A DNA stretch of 58,619 bases from Candidatus Deferrimicrobium sp. (GCF_036396855.1 NZ_DASWKA010000066.1:1-58619); one strand, 5' to 3'; positions 44,909 through 55,268 are shown, counted from the first letter of the stretch. Made by a program: numbers and translations. Notes: generated from the sequence alone by a model not told the origin.

Positions 44909-46761
44909 AGCACGGGCCGGACGACTACTTCACGGACGACCGCGTCGAAACCCGGGGGATCGACCGGCGGCTCCTGGCGCGCCTCCTGCGATACGTCCTC
45001 CCCCACCGGCATCTCCTCGCGGCGGCGCTGGCGGCGCTTCTCTGCGGGACCGCCTGCCAGCTGGCGGGGCCGTACCTCATCAAGATCGTCATCGACCGGC
45101 ACGTGATGACCGGGCGCCTTTCCGGGATGGGAGGGTGGATCCTCCTGTATCTCGGGACCCTCGTCGGCGCGATGGGGTTCCTCTTCCTGCAGATGTACGC
45201 GGTGTCGATCCTCGGCCAGCGGGTGATCCTCGCCCTGCGCCGGGAGATGTTCGCCCGGATGCAGCGGCTCCCCGTCGTCTTCTTCGATCGCACGCCGATC
45301 GGGCGCCTCATGACGCGGCTGACCTCCGACGTCGAGTCGCTCCAGGAGCTCCTCTCTTCCGGCCTCGTCTCGACGATCGGCGACGCCGCGGTGCTGGCGG
45401 GCACGGCCGTGATCCTGCTCTGGATGGACACGCGCCTCGCGCTCGTCACCTTCTCCGTCCTGCCCGTCCTCGTGCTGTTCATCGAGCTGCTCAAAAAAAG
45501 GATCCGCGAGGCGAACCGGGAGATTCGGCGGAAGCTCGCGAGGATGAACGCCTTCCTGCAGGAGCACGTGACGGGGGTGGCGGTGGTCAAGGCGTTCGGG
45601 GTGGAGGGGAAGTCGGAGCGAAGGTTCGACGCCCTGAACGGGGAGTATGCCACCGAGGGCGTTCGGCTCACGAACCTCTACTCCGTCTACTTCCCGGGCG
45701 TGGAGATGCTCGCCTCGATCGCGGTGGCGCTGCTGCTGTGGCGCGGCGGCGTCGGCCTGCTCTCGGGCGCGCTCACCTTCGGGACGCTCGTGGCGTTTCT
45801 CGAATACGCCCGAAGGTTCTACGACCCGATCAAGGACATGAGCGACAAGTACAACATCCTGCAATCCGCGCTGGCCTCCTCGGAGCGGATCTTCCGGCTC
45901 CTCGACGAGGAGATCTCTCCCGAATACGCGGAAAGCCGGCCCGAACCCCCGACCGATGCCCGCTCGTCGGCGTCCCCGCGCGTCTCCGGGTCCGCCGCCG
46001 CCGTTCCCGCGATCGAGTTCCGGGACGTCTGGTTCTCCTACCCGCGGCCCGCGGCAGGGGGGACCGCCGGAGGGGGGGAGGGACCTCCGGTCCTGCGAGG
46101 GGTCACCTTCGTCCTCGAGGAAGGGCAGACCGGGGCGATCGTCGGTCCGACGGGGGCGGGGAAGACGACGGTCCTCTCCCTGCTGTGCCGCTTCTACGAG
46201 ATCCGCCGCGGGAAGATCCTGCTTTTCGGCCGCGACATCCGCGAGATCCCGCGGGAGGAGCTGCGCGGTTCGCTCGCCCTCGTCCTCCAGGACCCGTTCC
46301 TCTTCTCCGGGACGGTGCGGGAGAACGTCGCGGCGGGAGGCGAGGCGGTCGGGGCCGCGCTTTCGGCGATCGGCGTGGAACGGTTCACCCGGGAATGGGG
46401 CGAGGGGCTGGCGACGGACGTGGGGGAGCGGGGGGTGCGGCTGTCGACGGGCCAGCGCCAGATGGTGTCGTTCGCCCGCGCACTGGCGCGGGAGCCGCGC
46501 GTCCTTCTGCTGGACGAGGCGACGTCGAGCGTCGATCCCGTGACGGAGGGCCGGATCCAGGAGGCACTGGCGGGAATCCTCCCCGGCCGGACCGCCCTCG
46601 TCGTCGCCCACCGGCTCTCTACGGTCCTGTCCGCCGACCGGATCCTCGTGATGCACAAGGGGAAGGTGAGGGAGACGGGGACCCATCGCGAGCTGCTGGA
46701 CGCGGGGGGGATCTACCGGAGACTGTACGCGCTGCAGTTCGAGGAAGCCCCCGGCGCCTGA
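44905..46761 (+). CDS. ABC exporter, fused permease/ATPase (MdlB-type partner)
   Basis: GTG 44905 overlaps the upstream stop (GTGA). GPTGAGKTT, LSTGQRQM, VLLLDEATSSVD. It is the last 618 aa of the 1277-aa track ORF. Confidence 0.88.
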   Translation: MKHGPDDYFTDDRVETRGIDRRLLARLLRYVLPHRHLLAAALAALLCGTACQLAGPYLIKIVIDRHVMTGRLSGMGGWILLYLGTLVGAMGFLFLQMYAVSILGQRVILALRREMFARMQRLPVVFFDRTPIGRLMTRLTSDVESLQELLSSGLVSTIGDAAVLAGTAVILLWMDTRLALVTFSVLPVLVLFIELLKKRIREANREIRRKLARMNAFLQEHVTGVAVVKAFGVEGKSERRFDALNGEYATEGVRLTNLYSVYFPGVEMLASIAVALLLWRGGVGLLSGALTFGTLVAFLEYARRFYDPIKDMSDKYNILQSALASSERIFRLLDEEISPEYAESRPEPPTDARSSASPRVSGSAAAVPAIEFRDVWFSYPRPAAGGTAGGGEGPPVLRGVTFVLEEGQTGAIVGPTGAGKTTVLSLLCRFYEIRRGKILLFGRDIREIPREELRGSLALVLQDPFLFSGTVRENVAAGGEAVGAALSAIGVERFTREWGEGLATDVGERGVRLSTGQRQMVSFARALAREPRVLLLDEATSSVDPVTEGRIQEALAGILPGRTALVVAHRLSTVLSADRILVMHKGKVRETGTHRELLDAGGIYRRLYALQFEEAPGA

Positions 46762-46985
46762 ACGGAAATCCCATTCCAAATGGCGTGGATCGAGATGAAT
46801 CGTTGTTTTCGGGTACCTGCTTGCCGGGCTCTCAGCACATCCGCAGTCGCGCAGGAACACCTTCCGGGTGGGTTCCTCTTTGCCTCACAAGCAACAGGAG
46901 CATTCCGGCGGGAATTGTGGTCGCTACCGTTAGGGCGAATCATGTATAGTTAAAATTTCATTCATCGCGCCTTTGGAGGTATCAC

Positions 46986-47882
46986 GTGACGCACGCCACG
47001 GTGGTCGAGACGACGCTTTCCGGATTGAAACTGCTGGGCCGCGGGAAGGTCCGCGACATCTACGATGTGGACGGGAAGCTGCTGCTGGTGGCTTCCGACC
47101 GGCTCTCCGCGTTCGACGTGGTGATGCCGGACGGGATTCCGGGGAAGGGGAAAGTGCTGACCCAGATCTCGGCGTTCTGGTTCCGCATGCTCGAAGACAT
47201 CGTCCCGAACCACATGATCTCCATCGACGTCGACGCCTTCCCGCCGGAGGCCCGCGCGCACGCGGAAACCTTGCGCGGCCGGTCCATGCTGTGCCGGAAG
47301 GCGAAGCCGTTCCCGATCGAATGCGTCGTCCGCGGGTACCTCTCCGGTTCGGGGTGGACGGAGTACCGGGAGAAAGGCGAGGTGTGCGGCATCCCCCTGC
47401 CGAAGGGGATGCGCGAATCGGACCGCCTCCCGGAACCGATCTTCACCCCCGCCACCAAGGAGGAGAAGGGGCACCACGACGAGAACATCACCTTCGACCG
47501 GATGGTGCGCGTCGTGGGGAAGGAGACGGCGGAGAAAGTGCGATCGATCGCCGTCGCCCTCTACGAAAAGGCGGCCGCGTACGCCCGGGAGAAAGGGATC
47601 ATCATCGCCGACACGAAATTCGAGCTGGGGACCGTGGACGGGGAGCTGATCCTGATCGACGAGGCGCTCACCCCCGATTCCTCCCGGTTCTGGCCCGTCG
47701 CCGGGTACCAGCCCGGTGGCCCGCAGAAGAGCTTCGACAAGCAGTTCGTCCGCGACTACCTGCTGACCCTGCCGTGGAACAAGACGGCGCCGGGGCCGCG
47801 CCTGCCGGCGGACGTTGTTGAGAAGACCGCCCTGAAATACCGCGAGGCGCTGACGATCCTCACCGGCAAGGACATCGGGTAG
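46986..47882 (+). CDS. purC: Phosphoribosylaminoimidazole-succinocarboxamide (SAICAR) synthase
   Basis: 298 aa. [27 protein letters not shown] and TPDSSRFW motifs. Confidence 0.93.
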   Translation: MTHATVVETTLSGLKLLGRGKVRDIYDVDGKLLLVASDRLSAFDVVMPDGIPGKGKVLTQISAFWFRMLEDIVPNHMISIDVDAFPPEARAHAETLRGRSMLCRKAKPFPIECVVRGYLSGSGWTEYREKGEVCGIPLPKGMRESDRLPEPIFTPATKEEKGHHDENITFDRMVRVVGKETAEKVRSIAVALYEKAAAYAREKGIIIADTKFELGTVDGELILIDEALTPDSSRFWPVAGYQPGGPQKSFDKQFVRDYLLTLPWNKTAPGPRLPADVVEKTALKYREALTILTGKDIG

Positions 47883-47892
47883 GCCGGAGCGC

Positions 47893-49332
47893 ATGGGCGC
47901 TTTCCGTAAAATCTTCATCGCGAACCGGGGGGAAATCGCCTGCCGGGCCATCCGGCCGGCGCGGGAGCTGGGGATCCCCGTGGTGGTGGGGTACTCCGAC
48001 TGCGACGCCCTGTCCCTGCACGTGAAACTCGCCGACGAGGCGGTGCGCCTGGGGCCGTCCCCCGCCTCGATGAGCTACCTCGACATCGACGCGGTCCTGC
48101 GGGCGGCGAAGGACTCCGGGTGCGACGCGATCTTCCCGGGGTACGGGTTCCTCGCGGAGAACCCCGACTTCGCGGAGGCGGTGGAGCGGGAGGGGCTGGC
48201 CTTCATCGGGCCGCCCGCCCGCGTCATGCGGATCCTTGGGGACAAGATCGCGGCCCGCAAGGCGCTCTCGGCGTCCGGCGTGCCGGTGACTCCCGCCATC
48301 GAGGACGTGGACGATCCCCGGAAGGTGGTCGCGTTCGGCGACCGGGTGGGGTGGCCGATCCTCATCAAGGCGTCCGCCGGCGGGGGAGGCAAGGGAATGG
48401 TGAAGGTCTTCTCCGCCGACGAGGTCGAGGAGAGCCTCGCCTCCGCGCGCTCGGTCGCCGAGAAGGCGTTCGGGAAGGGGACGGTCTTCGTCGAGAAGTT
48501 CATCGAGGGCGGCCGCCATATCGAGTTCCAGTTCCTCGCGGACCGGTTCGGGAACGTCATCCACCTCGGCGAGCGCGAATGCTCCATCCAGCGGCGGCAC
48601 CAGAAGCTGGTGGAGGAGGCGCCGAGCTCCCTGCTCACCCCCGAGGTCCGGGCGAAGATGGGGGCGGTGGTCGTCAAGGCGATGAAGGACATCGGTTACG
48701 AGACGGCGGGGACGCTGGAATTCCTCGTGGACCGGGAAGGGAAGTTCTACGCGCTCGAGGTGAACACGCGGATCCAGGTGGAACACACGGTCACCGAGAT
48801 GATCAGCGGCTTCGACATCATCCGGAAGATGTACAAGATCTCCGCCGGCGAGCGGCTCTCCCTGCGGCAGCAGGACGTGCTGCTGCGCGGCCACGCGATC
48901 CAGTGCCGGGTCAACGCGGAGGACCCCAAGAACAATTTCACCCCCTCGTTCGGGAGGATCGCCTTCCTGCGCCAGATCAGCGGCCCCTTCGTCCGCACCG
49001 AGTCGGGAATCTACCAGGGTTGGGAAGTCCCTCCGTTCTACGACTCCCTGCTCTCGAAGATCTGCTCGGTGGGAAAGGACCGGGAGACGGCGATCCAGCG
49101 GATGCGGCGCGCCCTGCGGGAATTCGACCTCTGGGGCGTCCGCACGACGATCCCGCTCCTGCGCCGGATCATGGACCACCCGGATTTCGTGGCGGGCAGG
49201 ATCGACACCGGGTTCATCGAGGAGAACATCGCCGGGCTGACCGAGTACGTCGAGTACGAGGAGGAGATCTTCAAGGTGGCGCGGTTCGTCGCCGAGGTTT
49301 CCGGCCTGGGCCGCAACGTCCACAGCGGTTGA
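47893..49332 (+). CDS. pycA: Biotin carboxylase subunit (pyruvate carboxylase subunit A type)
   Basis: 479 aa. KIFIANRGEIA, ATP-grasp GGGGKGM, EVNTRIQVEH. Followed by a carboxyltransferase/BCCP gene. Confidence 0.8.
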   Translation: MGAFRKIFIANRGEIACRAIRPARELGIPVVVGYSDCDALSLHVKLADEAVRLGPSPASMSYLDIDAVLRAAKDSGCDAIFPGYGFLAENPDFAEAVEREGLAFIGPPARVMRILGDKIAARKALSASGVPVTPAIEDVDDPRKVVAFGDRVGWPILIKASAGGGGKGMVKVFSADEVEESLASARSVAEKAFGKGTVFVEKFIEGGRHIEFQFLADRFGNVIHLGERECSIQRRHQKLVEEAPSSLLTPEVRAKMGAVVVKAMKDIGYETAGTLEFLVDREGKFYALEVNTRIQVEHTVTEMISGFDIIRKMYKISAGERLSLRQQDVLLRGHAIQCRVNAEDPKNNFTPSFGRIAFLRQISGPFVRTESGIYQGWEVPPFYDSLLSKICSVGKDRETAIQRMRRALREFDLWGVRTTIPLLRRIMDHPDFVAGRIDTGFIEENIAGLTEYVEYEEEIFKVARFVAEVSGLGRNVHSG

Positions 49333-49351
49333 CGGGGAGGATTCGCGGGGG

Positions 49352-51379
49352 ATGCAGGGCAGCCTGAGGAAGAAGGGGTACCGCAAGGTCCTCAAGACCA
49401 TCCGGGACGGCAAGGCCATCTGGCTCGTCGGGACCGGGCCGCGCGACACGGGCCAGAGCGACTTCAAGAACCGGTTCACGCTCCACGACCTGTCCCGCCT
49501 CCTACCGATCTACGACGCCTCGGGGTATTTCGCCATCGACTCCCACGGCGGCGCCCGCCTGCACCAGAACATGATGAACAACATGATCCACCCCTTCGAG
49601 GAGGCCCGCTTCTTCGCTTCGCTCCTGCCGAACGTCCTGACCCAGACGCTCATCCGCGCCACGAACGTCTGGGGGTACCGGATGTACTCCAGGAACACCG
49701 TGCGGCTGGCGGTCGAGTCGTTCCTGCCGACGATCGACGTGTGGCGGTGCTTCGATTTCCTGAACTACGTCCCGAACATGGCGCCGGTGGCCGAGGAGGT
49801 CCTTCGGGGAGGGAAGATCTTCTCGCCGGCCATCTCGTTCACCGAGTCCCCGGAAACCACGGACGCCTACTACCTTCGGGTGCTCAAGGAGATCGTCTCC
49901 CTGTGCGGCGGAACGAAGGACATCATCCTGGTGATCAAGGACATGGCCGGGGTGGGCAGCCCCGCCCGGATCCGGCGTCTCGTGGACACGTTTCTGCAGA
50001 AGTACCCGGGGCTGATCCTCCTGTACCACCGGCACTCCACGGACGGGTTGGTGATGCCGGCCATGGCGGCGGCGGCCGAGGCGGGGGCGAAGCTCTTCGA
50101 CGTGACCGACGACGCCTCTTCCCGGTTCTACGGCCACCCGCCGGTGCGCCCGCTGGTGCGGTACCTGCGGGAGCTGGGGCACGAGGTGCGGTTCGACATG
50201 AAGCGGGCCGACGAGGCGTCCGACGTGGTCCGCGGCTTCATCCGGAACTACGACCGGTTCGAATCGCAGTTCAAGGGGTTCTCCAACGACGTCACCGCCC
50301 ACCGGATGCCGGGCGGCGCCTTCCCCTCCTCGTTCGAGCAGGCGGAGAAGGGGGGATTCCTCGATCTCATGCCGCACATCCTGAAGGGGATGTCGTACGG
50401 GAACCGGATCATCAAGTATTTCGACGTGACCCCGGGGTCGCAGATCACGTGGACGACGTGGGCGGCGATCCTGCAGCGGTACCACAAGGAGGGCGGGGAG
50501 CACGGCGTCAAGCGGCTGTTCAGCGTCCTGGACCGGTTCTTCGAGGCGGGGGAACGGCTCGAGGCGCTCGCCCAAGCCGACCAGAACGTGCTGCTGCGGC
50601 TCTACTCGGTGGCCACCGACGACCTCAAAAATCTCCTGCTCGGGAAGTACGGCCCCCTTCCGTTCGGATGGCCGAAAGAGTGGGTCTACCGGAGCGCCTT
50701 CGGGGAGGGGTGGGCCGAGAAGGTCGAGGCGGAGCGGATACCCTCCTCCCCGCTGTCGAGGCTGCCGGACGAGGACCTGGAGAAGACCCGGGCGGCGATG
50801 GAGGCCGAGATGGGCCGCTCCGTCACGCAGGAGGAATTCGTCCTGTACCTGATGCATCCAAAGGCGGCGACGGATTTCCTCATGTTCCATGCCCAGTACG
50901 GCGACACCACGGTGCTGCCGACCGGGGTCTGGTTCCACGGCCTGCGCAGGCCCGGGGACCAGGTGATGATCACGATCGGCGACAAGCCGCACGCCATCCG
51001 GCTGGTCTCCATCGGCGAGGGGGTGGGCGGTGTAAAGCACGTGGTGCTTTCCGTGGACAACATCATGCACGTCTTCCCCGTGGAGCTGCCCGAGGCCGCC
51101 GCGGCCCGCAAGGCGGTCCGGAAGGCGTTTCCGGGGAACAAGGGGGAGATCGGCGCGACCGTCACCGGGACGGTGTGGCGGATCGGGACGAAGGACCGGG
51201 CGCTGAAGGAAGGGGACCGCCTCCGCAAGGGGGAGGAGATCATGAACATCGAAGTTATGAAAACCGAGAACGCGGTGAAGTCCCCGATGGCGGGCGTCAT
51301 CCGGGAGCTGTGCGTGAAGGTGAACGACCGGGTCGAAGAGGGGCAGCTCCTCGCCGTGATCGATCCCGGCGGCGAATGA
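49352..51379 (+). CDS. pycB: Carboxyltransferase plus biotinyl-carrier subunit (pyruvate carboxylase subunit B / OadA-like)
   Basis: 675 aa. HMGL-like TIM-barrel N-terminus and a C-terminal biotinyl domain ...IMNIEVMKTENAVKSPMAG... Confidence 0.75.
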   Translation: MQGSLRKKGYRKVLKTIRDGKAIWLVGTGPRDTGQSDFKNRFTLHDLSRLLPIYDASGYFAIDSHGGARLHQNMMNNMIHPFEEARFFASLLPNVLTQTLIRATNVWGYRMYSRNTVRLAVESFLPTIDVWRCFDFLNYVPNMAPVAEEVLRGGKIFSPAISFTESPETTDAYYLRVLKEIVSLCGGTKDIILVIKDMAGVGSPARIRRLVDTFLQKYPGLILLYHRHSTDGLVMPAMAAAAEAGAKLFDVTDDASSRFYGHPPVRPLVRYLRELGHEVRFDMKRADEASDVVRGFIRNYDRFESQFKGFSNDVTAHRMPGGAFPSSFEQAEKGGFLDLMPHILKGMSYGNRIIKYFDVTPGSQITWTTWAAILQRYHKEGGEHGVKRLFSVLDRFFEAGERLEALAQADQNVLLRLYSVATDDLKNLLLGKYGPLPFGWPKEWVYRSAFGEGWAEKVEAERIPSSPLSRLPDEDLEKTRAAMEAEMGRSVTQEEFVLYLMHPKAATDFLMFHAQYGDTTVLPTGVWFHGLRRPGDQVMITIGDKPHAIRLVSIGEGVGGVKHVVLSVDNIMHVFPVELPEAAAARKAVRKAFPGNKGEIGATVTGTVWRIGTKDRALKEGDRLRKGEEIMNIEVMKTENAVKSPMAGVIRELCVKVNDRVEEGQLLAVIDPGGE

Positions 51380-51978
51380 ACCGCGGGACCCTCGATACGG
51401 ACCGGTTCTTCGGCGCGCTCCGGGGGGCGCTCTCCCCGGTCGCGACCTCCGAGCCGCCGCCGCCGGGACTGCGCTCCGCGGGGGTCCTCGTCCCGTTGCG
51501 GGATGCCGGCGGTGAGGTCACCGTGACGCTCGCCCGGCGGACCGAGCGAGTTCCCCACCACAAGGGGCAGATCTGCTTTCCCGGGGGAAGTCGCGACCCG
51601 GGCGACCGGGACCTGCTGGGCACCGCGCTGCGCGAGGCGGAGGAGGAGCTGGGGATCCGGGGGGACGACGTGGAGTTGCTGGGGGCGATGGAGCGGGTCC
51701 CAACGGTCACCGGGTTCTGCATCCAGCCGTTCGTCGCCCGGATCCCTCGGGAGGCGCGATTCCACCTGGACGGGTTCGAGGTGGCGGAGACGTTCGACGC
51801 CCCGCTGTCGGTGTTCACCGACTTTTCCCGGTACCGCGCCGCCGGTACGACCTTCCTCGGGAAACCGTACATGGTGTACTTCTTCGACTACGGCCGCTTC
51901 ACGATCTGGGGGGCGACGGCGCGCATCCTCCACAGCCTCGCGGAACTTGCCCGCGGAACAGGAGCGTCACGCGGTTGA
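51376..51978 (+). CDS. NUDIX hydrolase (CoA pyrophosphatase-like)
   Basis: ATG 51376 overlaps the pycB stop (ATGA). Nudix box GGSRDPGDRDLLGTALREAEEELGI. Confidence 0.8.
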   Translation: MNRGTLDTDRFFGALRGALSPVATSEPPPPGLRSAGVLVPLRDAGGEVTVTLARRTERVPHHKGQICFPGGSRDPGDRDLLGTALREAEEELGIRGDDVELLGAMERVPTVTGFCIQPFVARIPREARFHLDGFEVAETFDAPLSVFTDFSRYRAAGTTFLGKPYMVYFFDYGRFTIWGATARILHSLAELARGTGASRG

Positions 51979-52583
51979 GCCCGGCAGGGACAAGGATCGA
52001 CCACGACATCATCCTCGACATCGTCCCCCGCGGCGCGAAGGTGCTCGACCTCGGGTGCGGCGACGGGTCGCTCCTCGAGAAGCTGGTGCGCACGAAGGAT
52101 GTCCGCGGAAGCGGCATCGAGATCTCGGACGAGGGGATCCGGGAGTGCATCGCCAGGGGACTCGCCGTCCTTCAGGAGGACATCGACCACGGGTTGAAGG
52201 ATTATCCCGACCGGTCGTTCGACTTCATCATCCTCAACCAGACGCTGCAGGCGGTGAAGAAGCCCCACGTCGTCCTGTCGGAGATGCTGCGCGTGGGGGA
52301 GAAGGCGGTGGTCGGGTTCCCCAACTTCGCCCACTGGAAGATGCGGTCGTACCTGCTGATGCGCGGCCGGATGCCGAAGACGGAGTATCTCCCCTACGAG
52401 TGGTACGACACTCCGAACATCCACTTCTGCACCGTGACGGATTTCGAGGAGTATTGCCGGAAGTACTCCCTGCGGGTGGAGCAACGGGTCTACCTTTCCA
52501 ACGACCATGGGGGGAGGGTGCTGCGCGGGTTCGGCCCCAACCTGTTCGCCGAGTCCGCGGTGTACCTGCTCTCAAAAAAGTGA
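51975..52583 (+). CDS. metW: Methionine biosynthesis protein MetW (methyltransferase-fold)
   Basis: TTG 51975 overlaps the upstream stop (TTGA). VLDLGCGDG..LL, FDFIILNQTLQA and VGFPNFAHW... are typical MetW. Confidence 0.8.
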   Translation: MSPAGTRIDHDIILDIVPRGAKVLDLGCGDGSLLEKLVRTKDVRGSGIEISDEGIRECIARGLAVLQEDIDHGLKDYPDRSFDFIILNQTLQAVKKPHVVLSEMLRVGEKAVVGFPNFAHWKMRSYLLMRGRMPKTEYLPYEWYDTPNIHFCTVTDFEEYCRKYSLRVEQRVYLSNDHGGRVLRGFGPNLFAESAVYLLSKK

Positions 52584-52587
52584 GGAA

Positions 52588-52643
52588 GGGGGGACATACC
52601 TGGGGTAACCCCGGGATGTAGGGAAGGTGTGTCCCCCACTGCA
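52588..52643. repeat. REP-like hairpin element, copy 3 of 3
   Basis: GGGGGGACATACCTGGGGTAACCCCGGGATGTAGGGAAGGTGTGTCCCCCACTGC. Begins 5 nt after the metW stop. Confidence 0.7.
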
Positions 52644-52695
52644 TCGCCATTGCATTTGGCACCGTGATCGGGTAATCTTCTACGTTACATAACGT

Positions 52696-52771
52696 GGGGC
52701 TGTAGCTCAGCTGGGAGAGCGCCTGAATGGCATTCAGGAGGCCGACGGTTCGATCCCGTTCAGCTCCACCA
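52696..52771 (+). tRNA. tRNA-Ala (anticodon GGC)
   Basis: GGGGCTG/CAGCTCC acceptor with a G3:U70 pair, anticodon arm CCTGA-ATGGCAT-TCAGG, T-arm GACGG-TTCGATC-CCGTT (one non-Watson-Crick closing pair), encoded CCA. Confidence 0.9.
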
Positions 52772-52872
52772 AATTTTCCTCCCCGCTTTCCGTTGCAGAA
52801 AATTTGTCCGCCGTAGCTCCGAAGCTCCGTCCTTAAGGTTGCCTCGAGGAGCGGAGGCGGACGGGGAATGAA

Positions 52873-52903
52873 GGGCTTGGGTCATCGGATCCAGGCCCTT
52901 TTT
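52873..52903 (+). terminator. Terminator-like hairpin with T-run
   Basis: GGGCTTGG - 10-nt loop - CCAGGCCC (one G:T pair) followed by TTTTT. Lies 100 nt downstream of tRNA-Ala. Confidence 0.5.
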
Positions 52904-52988
52904 CTTATCGCAGATCGTGTCTCAGGTTTTCCTTGCGACAGATGGAAGATATCCTTAATATGTATACAGGGACTATGCATATTCGGAG

Positions 52989-53228
52989 GTGAACGTGAAA
53001 GCGTCGGCGCTGGATCTCCGGTACAGGATGAACGAGGTTCTGAAGGCACTGGAACGAAGGGAACGCATTTCCCTCCTGTACCACGGCAAAGTGAAGGGGG
53101 CGATCGTTCCGATCGGGAGGAAGGGGACCGTTCCGACCCCGGATCACCCCTTTTTCGGCATGGGGTCCACCGAGGAACGCTCCGTCACGGTGGTCATGGA
53201 CCACCTGCGCGGAGAACGCTATCGCTGA
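52989..53228 (+). CDS. Type II antitoxin (Phd/YefM-like) of a VapBC pair
   Basis: 79 aa. SALDLRYRMNEVLKALERRERISLLYHGKVKGAIVPI resembles the Phd/YefM fold. The stop overlaps the toxin ATG. GTG 52995 is an alternative start. Confidence 0.65.
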   Translation: MNVKASALDLRYRMNEVLKALERRERISLLYHGKVKGAIVPIGRKGTVPTPDHPFFGMGSTEERSVTVVMDHLRGERYR

Positions 53229-53605
53229 TGCTGTTCGATACCGACATCCTGATCTGGATCCAAAGGGGAAACGTCAAGGCGGCGCGTCTTGTCGATCGCA
53301 CCGATGAACGATTGATCTCGGTTCAAACCTTCATGGAACTGCTCCAGGCGGCGCGTGACAAAAGGCAGCATGCGATCATCAAGCGATACCTCCAGGATCT
53401 TTCCTTTTCGGTCCTCCCCTTGACCGAGAACATCGGCCATCGGGCGCTCGTGTACGTCGAGGAATACGGGCTGTCTTCCGGCATGCGCGCCGGGGATGCC
53501 ATCGTGGCGGCGACGGCCACGGAAAACGGGTTGACGCTGGCAACGGGCAACGCGCGTCACTTCCGGCCGGTCAAGGGTCTCGCCTTGAGGATCTTCCGGC
53601 CGTAA
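53228..53605 (+). CDS. vapC: PIN-domain ribonuclease toxin VapC
   Basis: 125 aa. MLFDTDILIW (Asp 4-6), ...ELL (conserved Glu), GDAIVAATA and a C-terminal TGNARHF are typical PIN acidic residues. Confidence 0.8.
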   Translation: MLFDTDILIWIQRGNVKAARLVDRTDERLISVQTFMELLQAARDKRQHAIIKRYLQDLSFSVLPLTENIGHRALVYVEEYGLSSGMRAGDAIVAATATENGLTLATGNARHFRPVKGLALRIFRP

Positions 53606-53651
53606 GCGGAACCGGACGATCCCGGAGATCCCCATCAAATTCCGGGGACGG

Positions 53652-55268
53652 TCAACCGGAGTCAAGCAGCTCGCGCACCTTCCGGGCGAGCACTTCCGCG
53701 GTGAACGGCTTCTGCAGAAAGGGGATCCCGTCCACCAGGACGCCGTGGCGGAGGATGGCGTCGTCGGTGTACCCCGACATGTACAGGATCCGCAGGTCCG
53801 GGCGGTGGAGCCGGATCCGCTCGCCGAGCTCCCTCCCGCTCATCTTCGGCATCACCACGTCGGTCAGCAGCAGATGGATCTCCCCGCGGTGGGCTTCGGA
53901 GAGCAGCAACGCCTCGCGGCCGTTCCCCGCCTCGAGCACCTTGTAGCCGTTCCCCGACAGGATCTCCCGCGCGAGGCGCCGCACCACTTCCTCGTCCTCG
54001 GCCAGGAGGACCGTCTCGGTCCCCGGGGATGGGTGGGGGAGGAGCGGGCGATCCGCCCCCTTGGCGCCATCTTGCGGGTCCTCGACCCGCGGCAGGTAAA
54101 TGAGGAACGTCGACCCGTGTTCGGCGGCGCTGTTCACCCGGATGTGCCCGCCACTCTGCTGCACGATGCCGTAGACCGTGGGCAGGCCAAGGCCGGTCCC
54201 TTTTCCCCTCTCTTTTGTGGTGAAAAACGGCTCGAACAGGTGCGCCTGGGCCTCGTCGCTCATCCCCTGTCCCGTGTCCGCCACGGTGAGGAGGACGTGC
54301 GGTCCCGGAACCACTTCGGGGTGGGCGGCCGCGTAGGAGGAGGAAAGATCCGCGTCGGCGGTCGCGATGGTGATGCGGCCCCCGTCGGGCATCGCGTCCC
54401 GGGAGTTGACCGCCAGGTTCACGATCACCTGCTCGATCTGCCCCGGATCGGCCTTCACCAGCGAGATGGATGGGGACAGGTCGAACGACAGCTCGATGTT
54501 CTCGCCGATCAGGCTGCGCAGCATCTGTCCCATCTTCGTCACCACGGTATTCAGGTCCAGAACCTTCGGTTGCAGAAACTGGCGGCGGCTGAAGGCGAGC
54601 AGCTGGCGCGTGAGCGCGGCGGCGCGGTCTCCCGCCTTCCGGATCTCCTCCACGTCCCGGCGAAGCGTCGAGTAGTCGGGGAGGCGGTGGAGCAGAAGAT
54701 CGGAGTAGCCCGAGATGGCGGTCAGCAGGTTGTTGAAATTGTGGGCAACGCCCCCGGCGAGCCTTCCCACGGCCTCCATCTTCTGCGACTGACGGAGCTG
54801 TTCCTCCACGATCGTCAGCCGTTCCCGTGTCTCTTCGGCCGCCTTCCGCTCGGTGACGTCCATCAAAATCGACATGATCCCGTAGATGGTCCCGTCCGGG
54901 CGGCGAAGTGGGGCGGTGGACACGCTGACGACGATCGGGGACCCGTCGGCCCGCCTCCGGTGCAGTTCGGGCTCGGTGAACACCTCTCCGAGGAGGGCGC
55001 GTCGGCGAAGCGCGAGGAATTCGGTCTGCTTCTCGGCAGGGACGAAGGGGAGGTGCATCCCGAGGGCCTCGTCCTCGGGCCACCCGAAGATCCGCTCGGC
55101 CGCCGGGTTCCACATCGTGACGACGCCTTCGGGATCGAACGTGACGATCGCAAGCGGGGACGCCTCGATGAGGGTTGCGAGGATCCGGGACGCCGCCGGC
55201 CGGTCGATCTCCTCGACGTCGGGTAAAGATATGGGTTGGTCCAGGTTCATTGGAAATCGTTTCGGCAA
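53652..55268 (-). CDS. Hybrid sensor histidine kinase (PAS - HisKA - HATPase - receiver)
   Basis: PAS ([24 protein letters not shown]), H-box [12 protein letters not shown]-boxes DTGQGM and [10 protein letters not shown], and a C-terminal REC (LLAEDEE...[13 protein letters not shown]). Confidence 0.88.
   Translation of the reverse strand: MPKRFPMNLDQPISLPDVEEIDRPAASRILATLIEASPLAIVTFDPEGVVTMWNPAAERIFGWPEDEALGMHLPFVPAEKQTEFLALRRRALLGEVFTEPELHRRRADGSPIVVSVSTAPLRRPDGTIYGIMSILMDVTERKAAEETRERLTIVEEQLRQSQKMEAVGRLAGGVAHNFNNLLTAISGYSDLLLHRLPDYSTLRRDVEEIRKAGDRAAALTRQLLAFSRRQFLQPKVLDLNTVVTKMGQMLRSLIGENIELSFDLSPSISLVKADPGQIEQVIVNLAVNSRDAMPDGGRITIATADADLSSSYAAAHPEVVPGPHVLLTVADTGQGMSDEAQAHLFEPFFTTKERGKGTGLGLPTVYGIVQQSGGHIRVNSAAEHGSTFLIYLPRVEDPQDGAKGADRPLLPHPSPGTETVLLAEDEEVVRRLAREILSGNGYKVLEAGNGREALLLSEAHRGEIHLLLTDVVMPKMSGRELGERIRLHRPDLRILYMSGYTDDAILRHGVLVDGIPFLQKPFTAEVLARKVRELLDSG

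Noticed and set aside
42928-46761. 1277-aa ORF, the longest in the track
   Set aside because: Its first ~650 aa are an Arg/Gly/Pro/Ala-rich alternate frame running across the M50 protease 3' end and the first ABC gene. Only the last 618 aa (from GTG 44905) have real ABC-exporter sequence. It is a high-GC open-frame artefact.
46762-46985. Possible purine or ZTP riboswitch in the 224-nt purC leader
   Set aside because: I could not find the ZTP (GACUGGCG ... CCGCCUGGGC) or purine-riboswitch loop/junction consensus. There is only an AT-rich promoter-like tract (TATAGTTAAAAT) near the gene.
51240-51270. Non-canonical biotinylation motif EVMKTE instead of EAMKME in pycB
   Set aside because: The residues flanking the biotinyl-lysine vary naturally (for example AMKL in some BCCPs). 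This is not evidence of loss of function.
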